Positions 1 to 8,284 are shown, numbered from the stretch's first letter. The stretch: DNA of 12,469 bases from Promethearchaeia archaeon (GCA_029856155.1 JAHQWL010000104.1:1-12469), one strand, 5' to 3'. Notes: a model not told the origin generated them from the sequence alone. A program made the numbers and translations.

Positions 1-1
1 C

Positions 2-499
2 TCTGATGGAACTTATTATTTTATCATAGTTGCTGAGAATGATTATGGTGACACAAAATCAAACTGTATAGAAGTTACGGTAGATATACCTCACCCCCCT
101 GAGGAATTTGATTTAAGTACTGATGCTGATACCCCAAATGATGGTGATGGTGCATTTAATCTTTTCTGGACTGAATCTATTGGTGCAAATGATTATTCAG
201 TATATCAACATTCCAGTTATATAACAGTAATTAATGGAAGTTTGACACCATTAGCAGAAGAAATTACTGAACAAGAACTTCCTTTGAGTGGGTATAGTAA
301 TGGGAGATACTTTTTTATCATAGTAGCATATAATGATATCGGAGAAACTCTTTCAAACTGCATTTCAGTGATGATACTTTACGAAGGAGGAGGAGGTGGA
401 ATACCCGGATATGAACTACTATTTATTATTGGAACGTTAGGGATAGCTATAATACTCTTAAGGAAAAGAATATCAAAAAAGATAAAGAATAATTATTAA
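2..499 (+). CDS. C-terminal part (5'-truncated by the window edge) of a cell-surface protein with FN3/Ig-like repeats and a Loki-CTERM-like sorting signal
   Basis: The frame of ORF 242..499 is open from base 2: SDGTYYFIIVAENDYGDTKSNCIEVTV...GAFNLFWTESIGANDYSVY...SNGRYFFIIVAYNDIGETLSNCISV. It then runs GGGGG-IPGY, a hydrophobic helix (LLFIIGTLGIAIILL) and a basic tail (RKRISKKIK). The TTG at 242 is internal, not a real start. Confidence 0.85.
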   Translation, partial: SDGTYYFIIVAENDYGDTKSNCIEVTVDIPHPPEEFDLSTDADTPNDGDGAFNLFWTESIGANDYSVYQHSSYITVINGSLTPLAEEITEQELPLSGYSNGRYFFIIVAYNDIGETLSNCISVMILYEGGGGGIPGYELLFIIGTLGIAIILLRKRISKKIKNNY

Positions 500-511
500 A
501 TATTTTTTCTA

Positions 512-1042
512 TTATAATTTCTTATTTTTAAATAGGTTAATTGAATAATCCACAATTCCTTGTGCATCCTCAGCTGTTTTCCATTCTTTAAATTTAACCC
601 ATTTATGGGGATCCAATCTTTTATATGTCTCGTAGAATTCTTGAATTTCCTTAAGTCTGTGGCTATGCACATCTTGAATATCATTATATCCGCTAAACCT
701 AGCATCATTAATAATAACAGAAAGAATTTTTGGGTCATCTCCATGCTCATCTTCAATAATTAAAGCCCCTATAACTCGAACTTTTACAATGCACCCCACT
801 TCGAGTGGTTCATAACTCAATACCATTATATCAAGAGGATCATCATCATCTGACCATGATTGTGGGATAAAGCCATATTCTACAGGAAAAATTACAGATG
901 AAGGAATAACGCGATCTAATATAAAAGCTTCCCATTCGGGGTTATACTCGTATTTATCTCTTGAACCACTAATAACTTCGATTACTGCGTTTAAAGTGAT
1001 TGGAGGATTATCTCCAGAAGGAATGTCTTTCCAAAGATTCAT
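512..1042 (-). CDS. ppa: Family I soluble inorganic pyrophosphatase
   Basis: Signature DDDPLD (DxDPxD), plus KYEY, LDR, FPVEYGFIPQ, DEHGDDPKIL and EFYETYK; 176 aa is the typical prokaryotic PPase length. Confidence 0.97.
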   Translation of the reverse strand: MNLWKDIPSGDNPPITLNAVIEVISGSRDKYEYNPEWEAFILDRVIPSSVIFPVEYGFIPQSWSDDDDPLDIMVLSYEPLEVGCIVKVRVIGALIIEDEHGDDPKILSVIINDARFSGYNDIQDVHSHRLKEIQEFYETYKRLDPHKWVKFKEWKTAEDAQGIVDYSINLFKNKKL

Positions 1043-1050
1043 AATTATCT

Positions 1051-1072
1051 AAATCTAAATAGATTTTTAAAA
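1051..1072 (-). promoter_or_regulatory. Putative ppa promoter: TATA-like TTTTAAAA (1065-1072) with adjoining inverted repeat AAATCTA-AA-TAGATTT (1051-1066)
   Basis: The TATA-like element lies 23-30 nt upstream of the ATG at 1042, and a perfect 7-bp-arm palindrome sits between it and the start. The AT-rich background limits specificity. Confidence 0.4.
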
Positions 1073-1096
1073 TGTTACTTCCTAATTACTAAAATA

Positions 1097-1104
1097 TTTA
1101 TAAA
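1097..1104 (+). promoter_or_regulatory. Putative archaeal TATA box (TTTATAAA) for the phosphatase gene, probably a leaderless transcript
   Basis: Consensus TTTATAAA begins 27 nt upstream of the ATG at 1124 and is preceded by an A-rich, BRE-like stretch. Confidence 0.55.
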
Positions 1105-1123
1105 TTTCAATATAAGTTGATCT

Positions 1124-1615
1124 ATGGTTCGTCCTTGGTATTGGCCTAAAGATGGAATGCCCGAAAAAACTGTACCATTTAATTGGATCGTGAAGGGAAA
1201 AATTGCTGCGTCATGGTGGCCAGATGCGTCTTTATTTGAAAAGTATAAAAAGGAGGATATAAAAGTGATTATAAATTGTTCGGAATTCGATTATCGGAAA
1301 GATAGCCCAAATGAGTTTCTCTATTTTCACATAAATATACCTGATTTTGGAACTCCAACCGAGTCTCAATTAGAAAAATTCTTCGAAATTACAAGTACAT
1401 GTGGAACAAATAGAGATCCAATTGTTGTACATTGTGTTGCAGGTTGTGGAAGAACAGGTATAATGATCGTAGCATGGGCTGCTTTTAATGGTTATATTCC
1501 AAATGGATTGGATCCGGTAAAATGGATTCGAAAACTTAGGCCGTGTTCCTTAGAAACAAAGGAACAAATGGAATTAGCACGAAAAATAGCTAAAAGGTAT
1601 CGAAACCGTCATTAA
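1124..1615 (+). CDS. Dual-specificity protein phosphatase (PTP/DSP superfamily, DUSP23/Cdc14-like)
   Basis: Catalytic P-loop HCVAGCGRTG (CX5R), general-acid loop IPDFGTP, N-terminal FNWIVKGKIAA and C-terminal IRKLRPCSLETKEQ, all collinear with DUSP23-type motifs. Confidence 0.93.
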   Translation: MVRPWYWPKDGMPEKTVPFNWIVKGKIAASWWPDASLFEKYKKEDIKVIINCSEFDYRKDSPNEFLYFHINIPDFGTPTESQLEKFFEITSTCGTNRDPIVVHCVAGCGRTGIMIVAWAAFNGYIPNGLDPVKWIRKLRPCSLETKEQMELARKIAKRYRNRH

Positions 1616-1693
1616 TATAAAGTATATAAGAATAGAATTTATTTTATTATTAAGATTATAATTTTTTAATTGCCATATTGTATATATCATTAG

Positions 1694-2863
1694 ATGCTTA
1701 TGCAAAAATCAGACTACATTTATATGATAACTGATAATATTATGGTATATCAGATTAATTTACCCACTGATTTTCGCGGAAATAAATTACATGAGCATCT
1801 TAATAGCTACGATGAGAAGTATCTTAGTATAATTGCAGGATTCGATAAAAATTTCTTAGAACACTTCTTAATAATATCAAAGGGAAGAACTCAAGAAGAT
1901 ATTGCTGAAATACTTAGAAAAATGGAAAAAATTTCTCATATGATCGGACCAACAGGAAATTTAAATTATCTTACTCCTAATCAAATCCAATATATCCTCA
2001 CTAAATTAGGTTCACTCAATGTAAACGAAATAAAAGAGGAAAATATTAGCCAAATTGCTGATGAACAAATAGAAAAAGAATTTGGAACCACATACGGCGC
2101 ATCTTCCGCATTAGAACAACAACTTGCTAGTGCAGCATTTTATTTACAATCAATTGGATATAATATTCAAGAGATACAGGAGAAATTCAATGAAGTAAGA
2201 CAAGATCCTTCCAAATTGGATAACTTATTTACCTTACCACCTAAAGAAATTATAAGTGTGCCTATAGAAATCCAAACAAGGGACACTCCTCCATCAAGAA
2301 TTCAACAACCTTCAACAACCCAATCTACCTCTATTGACAGAAACCAACAAACTCAAAATGCCATCGAACAGCATGTAAGATCAATTGAACATGAAATTAC
2401 TGGAGAAAGAGCAAAAAAAGTAGAAGAAATAATGGAACTTATAAAAACACATGTTAAGGAAAATATGAATGAGAGTTATGAAAGAGTTTTTCGCCAAATG
2501 CATCCGGATAGGTTAAATAAAGCTTACAAAATGTTAAAAGATACAAAAAGAAAATCAAAAAGAATGGATCTTTATTTAGAATGGTTCTTCTGCTCAACTC
2601 TCTTATCCAAAATTGAACTGAAAGTAGAACATTGGCAAGTTTCATCACAAGCGGGTCATGGTCAAGCGGGAGTTTATACTGCGGGAATAAATTTCTCTCG
2701 CTATGATAATATTGTACGAGAATTTCCAGATACCAAATTAACAAAAGTAATAAACATTTGTAGGCGATTACTACAAAATCCTACTAAAAATGCAATTCAA
2801 AAACTAGCTACAGACTTGGTAGCTGAAACGGGATTTGATGAACATCTTTATTTTACTGACTAA
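1694..2863 (+). CDS. Hypothetical soluble protein with two helical regions joined by an S/T/Q/P-rich linker; the start may be the ATG at 1742
   Basis: 389-codon ORF fills the gap between flanking genes, and an ORF this long is very unlikely by chance at this AT content. No transmembrane segment and no family recognised. TTTATAT at 1719-1725 could favour the later start. Confidence 0.85.
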   Translation: MLMQKSDYIYMITDNIMVYQINLPTDFRGNKLHEHLNSYDEKYLSIIAGFDKNFLEHFLIISKGRTQEDIAEILRKMEKISHMIGPTGNLNYLTPNQIQYILTKLGSLNVNEIKEENISQIADEQIEKEFGTTYGASSALEQQLASAAFYLQSIGYNIQEIQEKFNEVRQDPSKLDNLFTLPPKEIISVPIEIQTRDTPPSRIQQPSTTQSTSIDRNQQTQNAIEQHVRSIEHEITGERAKKVEEIMELIKTHVKENMNESYERVFRQMHPDRLNKAYKMLKDTKRKSKRMDLYLEWFFCSTLLSKIELKVEHWQVSSQAGHGQAGVYTAGINFSRYDNIVREFPDTKLTKVINICRRLLQNPTKNAIQKLATDLVAETGFDEHLYFTD

Positions 2864-2880
2864 AAATCCTAAATTACAGC

Positions 2881-2889
2881 AAAAAAAAA
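2881..2889 (-). terminator. Oligo-T terminator candidate (T9 on the minus strand) for the amidohydrolase gene
   Basis: A9 run on the plus strand, about 30 nt past the amidohydrolase stop, in a convergent intergenic gap. Confidence 0.45.
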
Positions 2890-2916
2890 CCAAGTAAATA
2901 TATGATCCTCAATAAT

Positions 2917-4551
2917 TTATAGATAATTATTTCTTTTAAAAACTGTTTTTCCTCTAATTATTGTTTCAAGAACTTGAATATCTCTAACTTTATCACTAGA
3001 GATTTCAAAAGGATTTCTGTCTAATATTACTAAATCTGCTAATTTTCCAACTTCTATACTTCCTTTAATCTTTTCTTCAAATGCCCCATAAGCAGCACTA
3101 ATGGTATACGTTTTTAGCGCCTCTTTCATGGATATACACTGTTCAGGGATAAATCCATTTCTGTTCACTAGTGCGTGGAGTCCTAAAATAGGATTAGGAT
3201 CTTCAATTGGTGCGTCACTTCCGGATATAAGAACAACTCCACCTTCTATAATAGATTTCATAGGGTACGTATATTTGCATCTTTCTTTTCCTAGTCTTTT
3301 CTCAAGCCATTTATATTCTGAATTTATGAAAGGTGGTTGACATGAAGCAATAATCCCATATTTTTTCATATCTTTTATTACATCATTAGTTAACATTGAA
3401 GCATGCTCAATTCTATGTCGATGATTGTCTCTTGGGAATTCTTTTAATAGGCGTTTAAATAAATCCACACAGATCCTATTTCCTTTATCTCCGATTACAT
3501 GAATAGATATTTGAAGTCCATTGTTATGAGCCACTTTCATCTGTTCATAGATTTCATCTTCATCTACTACACAAAATCCGCACATACCAGGGGCATCTGA
3601 AAAAGGTTCCCACATACAAGCAGTCTTAGCTCCAAATGTACCATCGAGGAATAATTTTAAGGAACCAATTTTGAATTTACTATCTTCTTTACCACCGTCC
3701 AGAGGGGGTTTTTTAATTTTAATTATTTTTTTTGGCTTTTCAGTGGCTATAATACCATACCAGTTTTGAAGTATTTTCTCTTGGACAGATTTGAAAAGAG
3801 GTGTTTCAATAGGTCCAAGACTTCCACTTTCACGAGTTTTACCAAGCTGAATAATTCCATGAATAGAAGTAATTCCTTTTTCAGCTAATATTTTAAAAGC
3901 TTTTTCAGTACTTTCTTGAAAAAATTTTAATTCGGGGATGACATATTTATCAATCTTAGAATATATTAACGTTAAAGCATTTTCAGATATAACACCTGTT
4001 AATTCTCCGTTTTCGTTGATTCTGATTTCCCCTCCTTCTGGGATTTTTGTGTTAACGTTAATATCAACTAATTCCAATGCTTTTGAATTAGCAACGCCAA
4101 TATGAGAATCATAACGTAAAAGAAATACTGGATTTTCAGGGCATGCATCATCTAAATCCCATCTTGAGGGCAAAATTGCATTTTTAAAGTTCTCTTCATT
4201 TAAACGCAAACCAAGTATAAATTCTCCTTCACTTTTTCCTTTAGCAGTTTTTCTTAGAATTTTTTTTAACTCTCTTAAACTTCTGACAGAAGAAAGATTT
4301 AGATTAATTGAAAAGAAAACAAAAGACATTGGATGCATATGACAATCAATAAATCCTGGAAGCATTGCTTTTCCTTCTAGGTTAATAAATTTTACATTTT
4401 CCTTCATTTTTCGTTTAACTTCTTCAAGGGTACCTGTAGCTTTAATTTTATCTCCTTCAATGCCTACAGCATCCACAAATGGTTGGTGAGCATTCATTGT
4501 TATAATTGTACCACCAAAGTACACGCTTCTATCTAATTTTTTAGAGGACAT
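2917..4551 (-). CDS. Metal-dependent amidohydrolase, YtcJ-like (Amidohydro_3)
   Basis: PGFIDCHMH (HxH metal motif), KLFLDG, IHVIGDKG, RHRIEHAS, SGSDAP and the C-terminal KGSIEVGKLADLVILD. Confidence 0.95.
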   Translation of the reverse strand: MSSKKLDRSVYFGGTIITMNAHQPFVDAVGIEGDKIKATGTLEEVKRKMKENVKFINLEGKAMLPGFIDCHMHPMSFVFFSINLNLSSVRSLRELKKILRKTAKGKSEGEFILGLRLNEENFKNAILPSRWDLDDACPENPVFLLRYDSHIGVANSKALELVDINVNTKIPEGGEIRINENGELTGVISENALTLIYSKIDKYVIPELKFFQESTEKAFKILAEKGITSIHGIIQLGKTRESGSLGPIETPLFKSVQEKILQNWYGIIATEKPKKIIKIKKPPLDGGKEDSKFKIGSLKLFLDGTFGAKTACMWEPFSDAPGMCGFCVVDEDEIYEQMKVAHNNGLQISIHVIGDKGNRICVDLFKRLLKEFPRDNHRHRIEHASMLTNDVIKDMKKYGIIASCQPPFINSEYKWLEKRLGKERCKYTYPMKSIIEGGVVLISGSDAPIEDPNPILGLHALVNRNGFIPEQCISMKEALKTYTISAAYGAFEEKIKGSIEVGKLADLVILDRNPFEISSDKVRDIQVLETIIRGKTVFKRNNYL

Positions 4552-4703
4552 ATAAGACTAACTCTTATTATTATGAAAAAATGAATTAATTTATTACTAA
4601 TATTCAAGATTTCAAAAAGCTTTTTTAAAAAAAAAGTTTTGTTCTAGCTCTTAATTTTCAATTGATCAATTTTATTTCTTGCTAAATCCAGAATTAATGG
4701 TGA

Positions 4704-5084
4704 TTAATAAATCATAACGTAAGAGTATAACATTAGTATTACTAATCCAAATATTGCTACACCCGAAGCCAAAATCATCCCTTTTCTAACATTATCTGAA
4801 AGTGTTCTGTCCGTCAAACCACCGATAAAAAATGAAAATATAAATAAGGCGAACCCAATTTGTAAGAAGAGTCTCGAAATCGATAAGAAAATCCTCATTA
4901 AATTTATGTAATTATTATATCCTACATCCGAATAGTCGGGTCTAGGAATAATACCGAACAGAGAGGATATTATAAATCCAACTATTATTAATATAATACC
5001 TACAGTAAAGATCTTTATATACCCTTTCTTTAAAAGAGGTTCTCGATATGATTCTATTGAATTTGCATCTGTAATAGAATTCAC
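4704..5084 (-). CDS. Small hypothetical membrane protein (about 3 TM helices), GTG start
   Basis: 126-aa ORF with three hydrophobic segments (IFTVGIILIIVGFIISSLFGII; LFLQIGFALFIFSFFIGGL; MILASGVAIFGLVILMLYSYVMIY); fills the intergenic gap. Confidence 0.75.
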   Translation of the reverse strand: MNSITDANSIESYREPLLKKGYIKIFTVGIILIIVGFIISSLFGIIPRPDYSDVGYNNYINLMRIFLSISRLFLQIGFALFIFSFFIGGLTDRTLSDNVRKGMILASGVAIFGLVILMLYSYVMIY

Positions 5085-5229
5085 CTTTATTTTTTAAAAT
5101 TTAATTTATTTTAATACCTTAAAAATATATTGTATTTTAGACCAGAATGTCAGTATATTTCATATAAAACGAAATTTTTCTTTCTTAAAGTTTGGATATA
5201 TTATTGCACTTTTTTATAAATTTAAAGAA

Positions 5230-5808
5230 CTATTTTCTTTTTAGTCTTAATTCTATTGATTTGTCTTTAGCTGACTTAGTAAGATTTTCTCGGAGTATCT
5301 TTGATTTGATTTTTATGTCTGTCTTATTTATTTCCTTATCTTTAATATGCTTTATACTCTCTTCTAATGACTTTTCTAAATCTTCGACTGAAAGTAGAGC
5401 AGCAGCAATGCAATAAAAGCTCTTAGACCTACCTTCATTAAAGTTTTCTAACATTCTCTCAAGAAATTCAATTCTTTTCTGTTGTTGAGATAAAAATTCT
5501 TCTAATCCCTTGTCCTTAATTAATTTTAAGTTTGTAAGTGAAACTTTATGAGATATAAAGGAATCAAATTTATCCCATTTATCTATTTTTGAGCATGGAA
5601 ATTCCTTACACTCTGCACAGGTCTCAAAGTTGTGCTGTTTTACACAACATGTAATTATTGAACATGATGGATACTTATTAATAAAGTCAGGACCACAACA
5701 ACCAGGACATCTTGATGGTCCTTTAGTATAATACATTGGACATAACCCACAATCTAATCCACAGCAAGCGACTGTAGGATATCTCTTGATTGGGTATTTA
5801 TTAGACAT
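5230..5808 (-). CDS. DUF3795-type cysteine-rich, probably metal-binding protein
   Basis: Cys pattern ACCGLDCGLC...CPGC...CSIITCC...ETCAECKEFPC is characteristic of DUF3795; helical C-terminal extension with GRSKSFYC. Confidence 0.85.
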   Translation of the reverse strand: MSNKYPIKRYPTVACCGLDCGLCPMYYTKGPSRCPGCCGPDFINKYPSCSIITCCVKQHNFETCAECKEFPCSKIDKWDKFDSFISHKVSLTNLKLIKDKGLEEFLSQQQKRIEFLERMLENFNEGRSKSFYCIAAALLSVEDLEKSLEESIKHIKDKEINKTDIKIKSKILRENLTKSAKDKSIELRLKRK

Positions 5809-5839
5809 AAATGAACCTTCTGATTATAGAATTTAATAA

Positions 5840-5864
5840 TTATTTCTTAGATTTTAAGAAATAA
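5840..5864. repeat. Perfect inverted repeat TTATTTCTTA-N5-TAAGAAATAA in a divergent promoter region
   Basis: 10-bp arms at 5840-5849 and 5855-5864 are exact reverse complements. Confidence 0.6.
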
Positions 5865-5941
5865 AAAGATTATAAGAAAAATATTAAAAATATGAAATAA
5901 TTCTTAGGATTAATCAATAGGGAAAAACGTGAAATTTAAAA

Positions 5942-8284
5942 ATGAAAGCATCACTTTTGAAAAAATTAAATCTAATAATTGAAGAAGCTAATGCTTTAAA
6001 AGATGAAAATAAATTCCAGAAAGCAATTCAAAAGTTTCAAGAAGCATTACATTTTATAGGCGATAAAGTTAAAGACCCAGAAGATAAAAAAACAGAAATT
6101 GAAAATATAAAAGATGCTATTAACCAAACTTATTCTGTTCAAGTTGATGGAATAGTCACACAAGCGATACATTTGACGGCACAAAAAAAGTTTAATAAAG
6201 CGAAAGATGAGTTTCAAAATGCTCTTCAAGTTTGTGATAATATAGATGATCCTGATCTTCAAAAAGCCGAAAAAGATGAAATTAATAAACTAATTGGTGA
6301 AAATGAAATAGAAAAGTTATTAGTAAGAGGACTTGAATTAAAAAATCAGAATAATCTAGATGAAGCTGTTGAGATATTTAAAAAGGGATTTGAAATTGCA
6401 GAGAAGACATATGATTCAAATTTTGGACCTGAAGCTTTATTCAGAATTAAAAAAGAGATTACGATAATTTATGATTCGCAAATTGATGAGATTGTTGAAC
6501 AAGGCAAAAAGTTCAAACAAGAGGGTCAAATCGATAATGCTATTAAAACCTTTGAAGAAGCGTTGCAAACTATTGAAAAGTTCTTTGACCCTGAAGAAAA
6601 GAAATCACAAATTATTACTGTTAAAAATTTGACTAATGAAATATATTCTAATCAAATTAAACCTTTAGTGGAGAAAGGAAAAGATTTATTAAACCAAAAT
6701 TTAACCGAACAAGCTAATTCTGAACTTAAGAATGCTATCTCTTTAGCAACCAAAATGTATGATTCAGATCTTAAAAACCTTGAAATTAGTCTAATTGCTG
6801 AAGTTTTAAATCCAATTTATCTTGAAAGTATTAAACCATTAGTAGAAAAAGGAAATCATATAACCCAACAAGAAAAGTTTGAAGAGTCAGTAAATTCCAT
6901 TAATGATGCAGTGGATTTATTCCGAAAAAGTCTTGATATTGCTCAAACAATGGTAAGATCAGAAAGAAAAGCTAAAAAAATTAAAGAGATTAGTGATCTA
7001 ATCAATAATGCTTGCATTTCAGGAATAAATATAATCAAAAATAATTCTATTCAATCTATTGTCCAGAAGAAATATGATGAAGCGATAAGTGATTTATATA
7101 TTGCTTTAAGTTTAGCTAAAAGAATGGTGTATCCTGAAGAGGAAAACCCGGAGTTGGAAAATCTTAAAAATTTAGTCAACAAGGTTTATTCTGCCGAGGT
7201 CAAAGAGGTTGTAGATAAAGGAAATAAATTAGTAGAACAAAAAGATTATGAAAAAGCAATAAAAACTTACAATCAAGCATTAACAATGACAAATAAAATG
7301 TATTTAACAAGCGAGATGGAAAAAGAAATCGCTTTGATAAAAAGTTTAATATATGAGACTGAAGTAAAACAATTAGTTGTAAAGGGGGAACTATCAGAAG
7401 AGCAAAAGTTAAAAGAAAAAGAGATCGAGAAACTCAAAAAACGTTTAGATTATGCCCAATCCATTGATGATCCAGGTCGAAGAGCTACAGAAATGAGTAA
7501 AATTAAAAAATTAATTGATGATGTTCATTCTGAAGAAATCAAGTTGTTAATCGAGCAGGGAAATCAGCTCGCCGATTTAAAAAAATACGATGATGCCTTC
7601 AAATTTTATGAAAAAGCGTTAAAAGTCAATGAATTGATGGAAGCCCCAGATGTTAAAAATAAAGATTTAATAAAAAGATCTTATGAAAAAGAACTTATTA
7701 ATAGAGCGAAATTAGAAATTGAGAATAAGAATTATGATAATGCCATTGAATACTGTAAAAGAGCTTTAGATCTTAATGAGATATTTGTTGAGGCATATTA
7801 TCATATAGGGCTTGCTTATAGTCATAAGAAAAAATATGATGTGGCAATTGAAAATTTTCAACGAGCTGTTGATTTTGATAAAAAACATGTAAATTCTTGG
7901 AACTCAATGGGATTAGCATATGAAGCAAAAGAAGATTATGATAATGCTCTTAAGTATTTAAATAATACAATAGAGATTGATCCTAGCTTTACTGAGGGAT
8001 GGTATAATCTAGGAAATGTATATAAACTAAGAAAAGAATACAATAAAGCAATAGAGAGCTATAATAAAGCAACGGAAGTAAACTCAGAATTCGCCCTAGC
8101 TTGGTTCTTTATGGGTTGTACTTATTTTGATAAGAAAGATTATAATAAAGGACTTGAATATCTTGAAAAAGCAATCAAAACCGATCCAAATTTAGGCCAA
8201 GAAGTCCATCCGCTTATAAAAGATATGAATAACGCAATTGAAAAACTTCAAGAATCACTTTCATTGCGTTTTATTAATAGATAA
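5942..8284 (+). CDS. Tetratricopeptide/helical-repeat protein: about ten 55-65-aa helical repeats followed by about five canonical TPRs
   Basis: C-terminal 34-aa TPRs (AYYHIGLAY, SWNSMGLAY, GWYNLGNVY, AWFFMGCTY). N-terminal units are anchored on a [LIV][VIL]xx[GA] motif at aa 12, 71, 126, 184, 242, 300, 423, 478 and 536. Confidence 0.92.
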   Translation: MKASLLKKLNLIIEEANALKDENKFQKAIQKFQEALHFIGDKVKDPEDKKTEIENIKDAINQTYSVQVDGIVTQAIHLTAQKKFNKAKDEFQNALQVCDNIDDPDLQKAEKDEINKLIGENEIEKLLVRGLELKNQNNLDEAVEIFKKGFEIAEKTYDSNFGPEALFRIKKEITIIYDSQIDEIVEQGKKFKQEGQIDNAIKTFEEALQTIEKFFDPEEKKSQIITVKNLTNEIYSNQIKPLVEKGKDLLNQNLTEQANSELKNAISLATKMYDSDLKNLEISLIAEVLNPIYLESIKPLVEKGNHITQQEKFEESVNSINDAVDLFRKSLDIAQTMVRSERKAKKIKEISDLINNACISGINIIKNNSIQSIVQKKYDEAISDLYIALSLAKRMVYPEEENPELENLKNLVNKVYSAEVKEVVDKGNKLVEQKDYEKAIKTYNQALTMTNKMYLTSEMEKEIALIKSLIYETEVKQLVVKGELSEEQKLKEKEIEKLKKRLDYAQSIDDPGRRATEMSKIKKLIDDVHSEEIKLLIEQGNQLADLKKYDDAFKFYEKALKVNELMEAPDVKNKDLIKRSYEKELINRAKLEIENKNYDNAIEYCKRALDLNEIFVEAYYHIGLAYSHKKKYDVAIENFQRAVDFDKKHVNSWNSMGLAYEAKEDYDNALKYLNNTIEIDPSFTEGWYNLGNVYKLRKEYNKAIESYNKATEVNSEFALAWFFMGCTYFDKKDYNKGLEYLEKAIKTDPNLGQEVHPLIKDMNNAIEKLQESLSLRFINR

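Noticed and set aside
242-499. 85-aa ORF as a standalone gene
   Set aside because: The frame is open to the window edge and repeat similarity continues upstream; it is the tail of a longer gene.
496-763. ORFs 496..756 (-) and 560..763 (+)
   Set aside because: Shadow ORFs overlapping the well-supported ppa gene; no motifs.
2120-2200. LASAAFYLQSIGYNIQEIQEKF resembling Pex14-N or UBA-like helical hairpins
   Set aside because: Short generic L-x-x-x-G-[YF]-x-x-x-E-I pattern found in many small helical domains; not enough to call by eye.
2454-3340. ORFs 2454..2744 (-) and 3101..3340 (+)
   Set aside because: Antisense to longer genes; no independent evidence of coding.
4614-4671. Palindromes AAAAAGCTTTTT (4614-4625) and AATTGATCAATT (4660-4671)
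   Set aside because: Low-complexity, spacerless palindromes that are expected in very AT-rich intergenic DNA; no second copy noticed.
5192-6262. ORFs 5192..5416 (+) and 6047..6262 (-)
   Set aside because: Antisense shadows of the DUF3795 and TPR genes; their hydrophobicity follows from the Lys/Glu-rich opposite strand.
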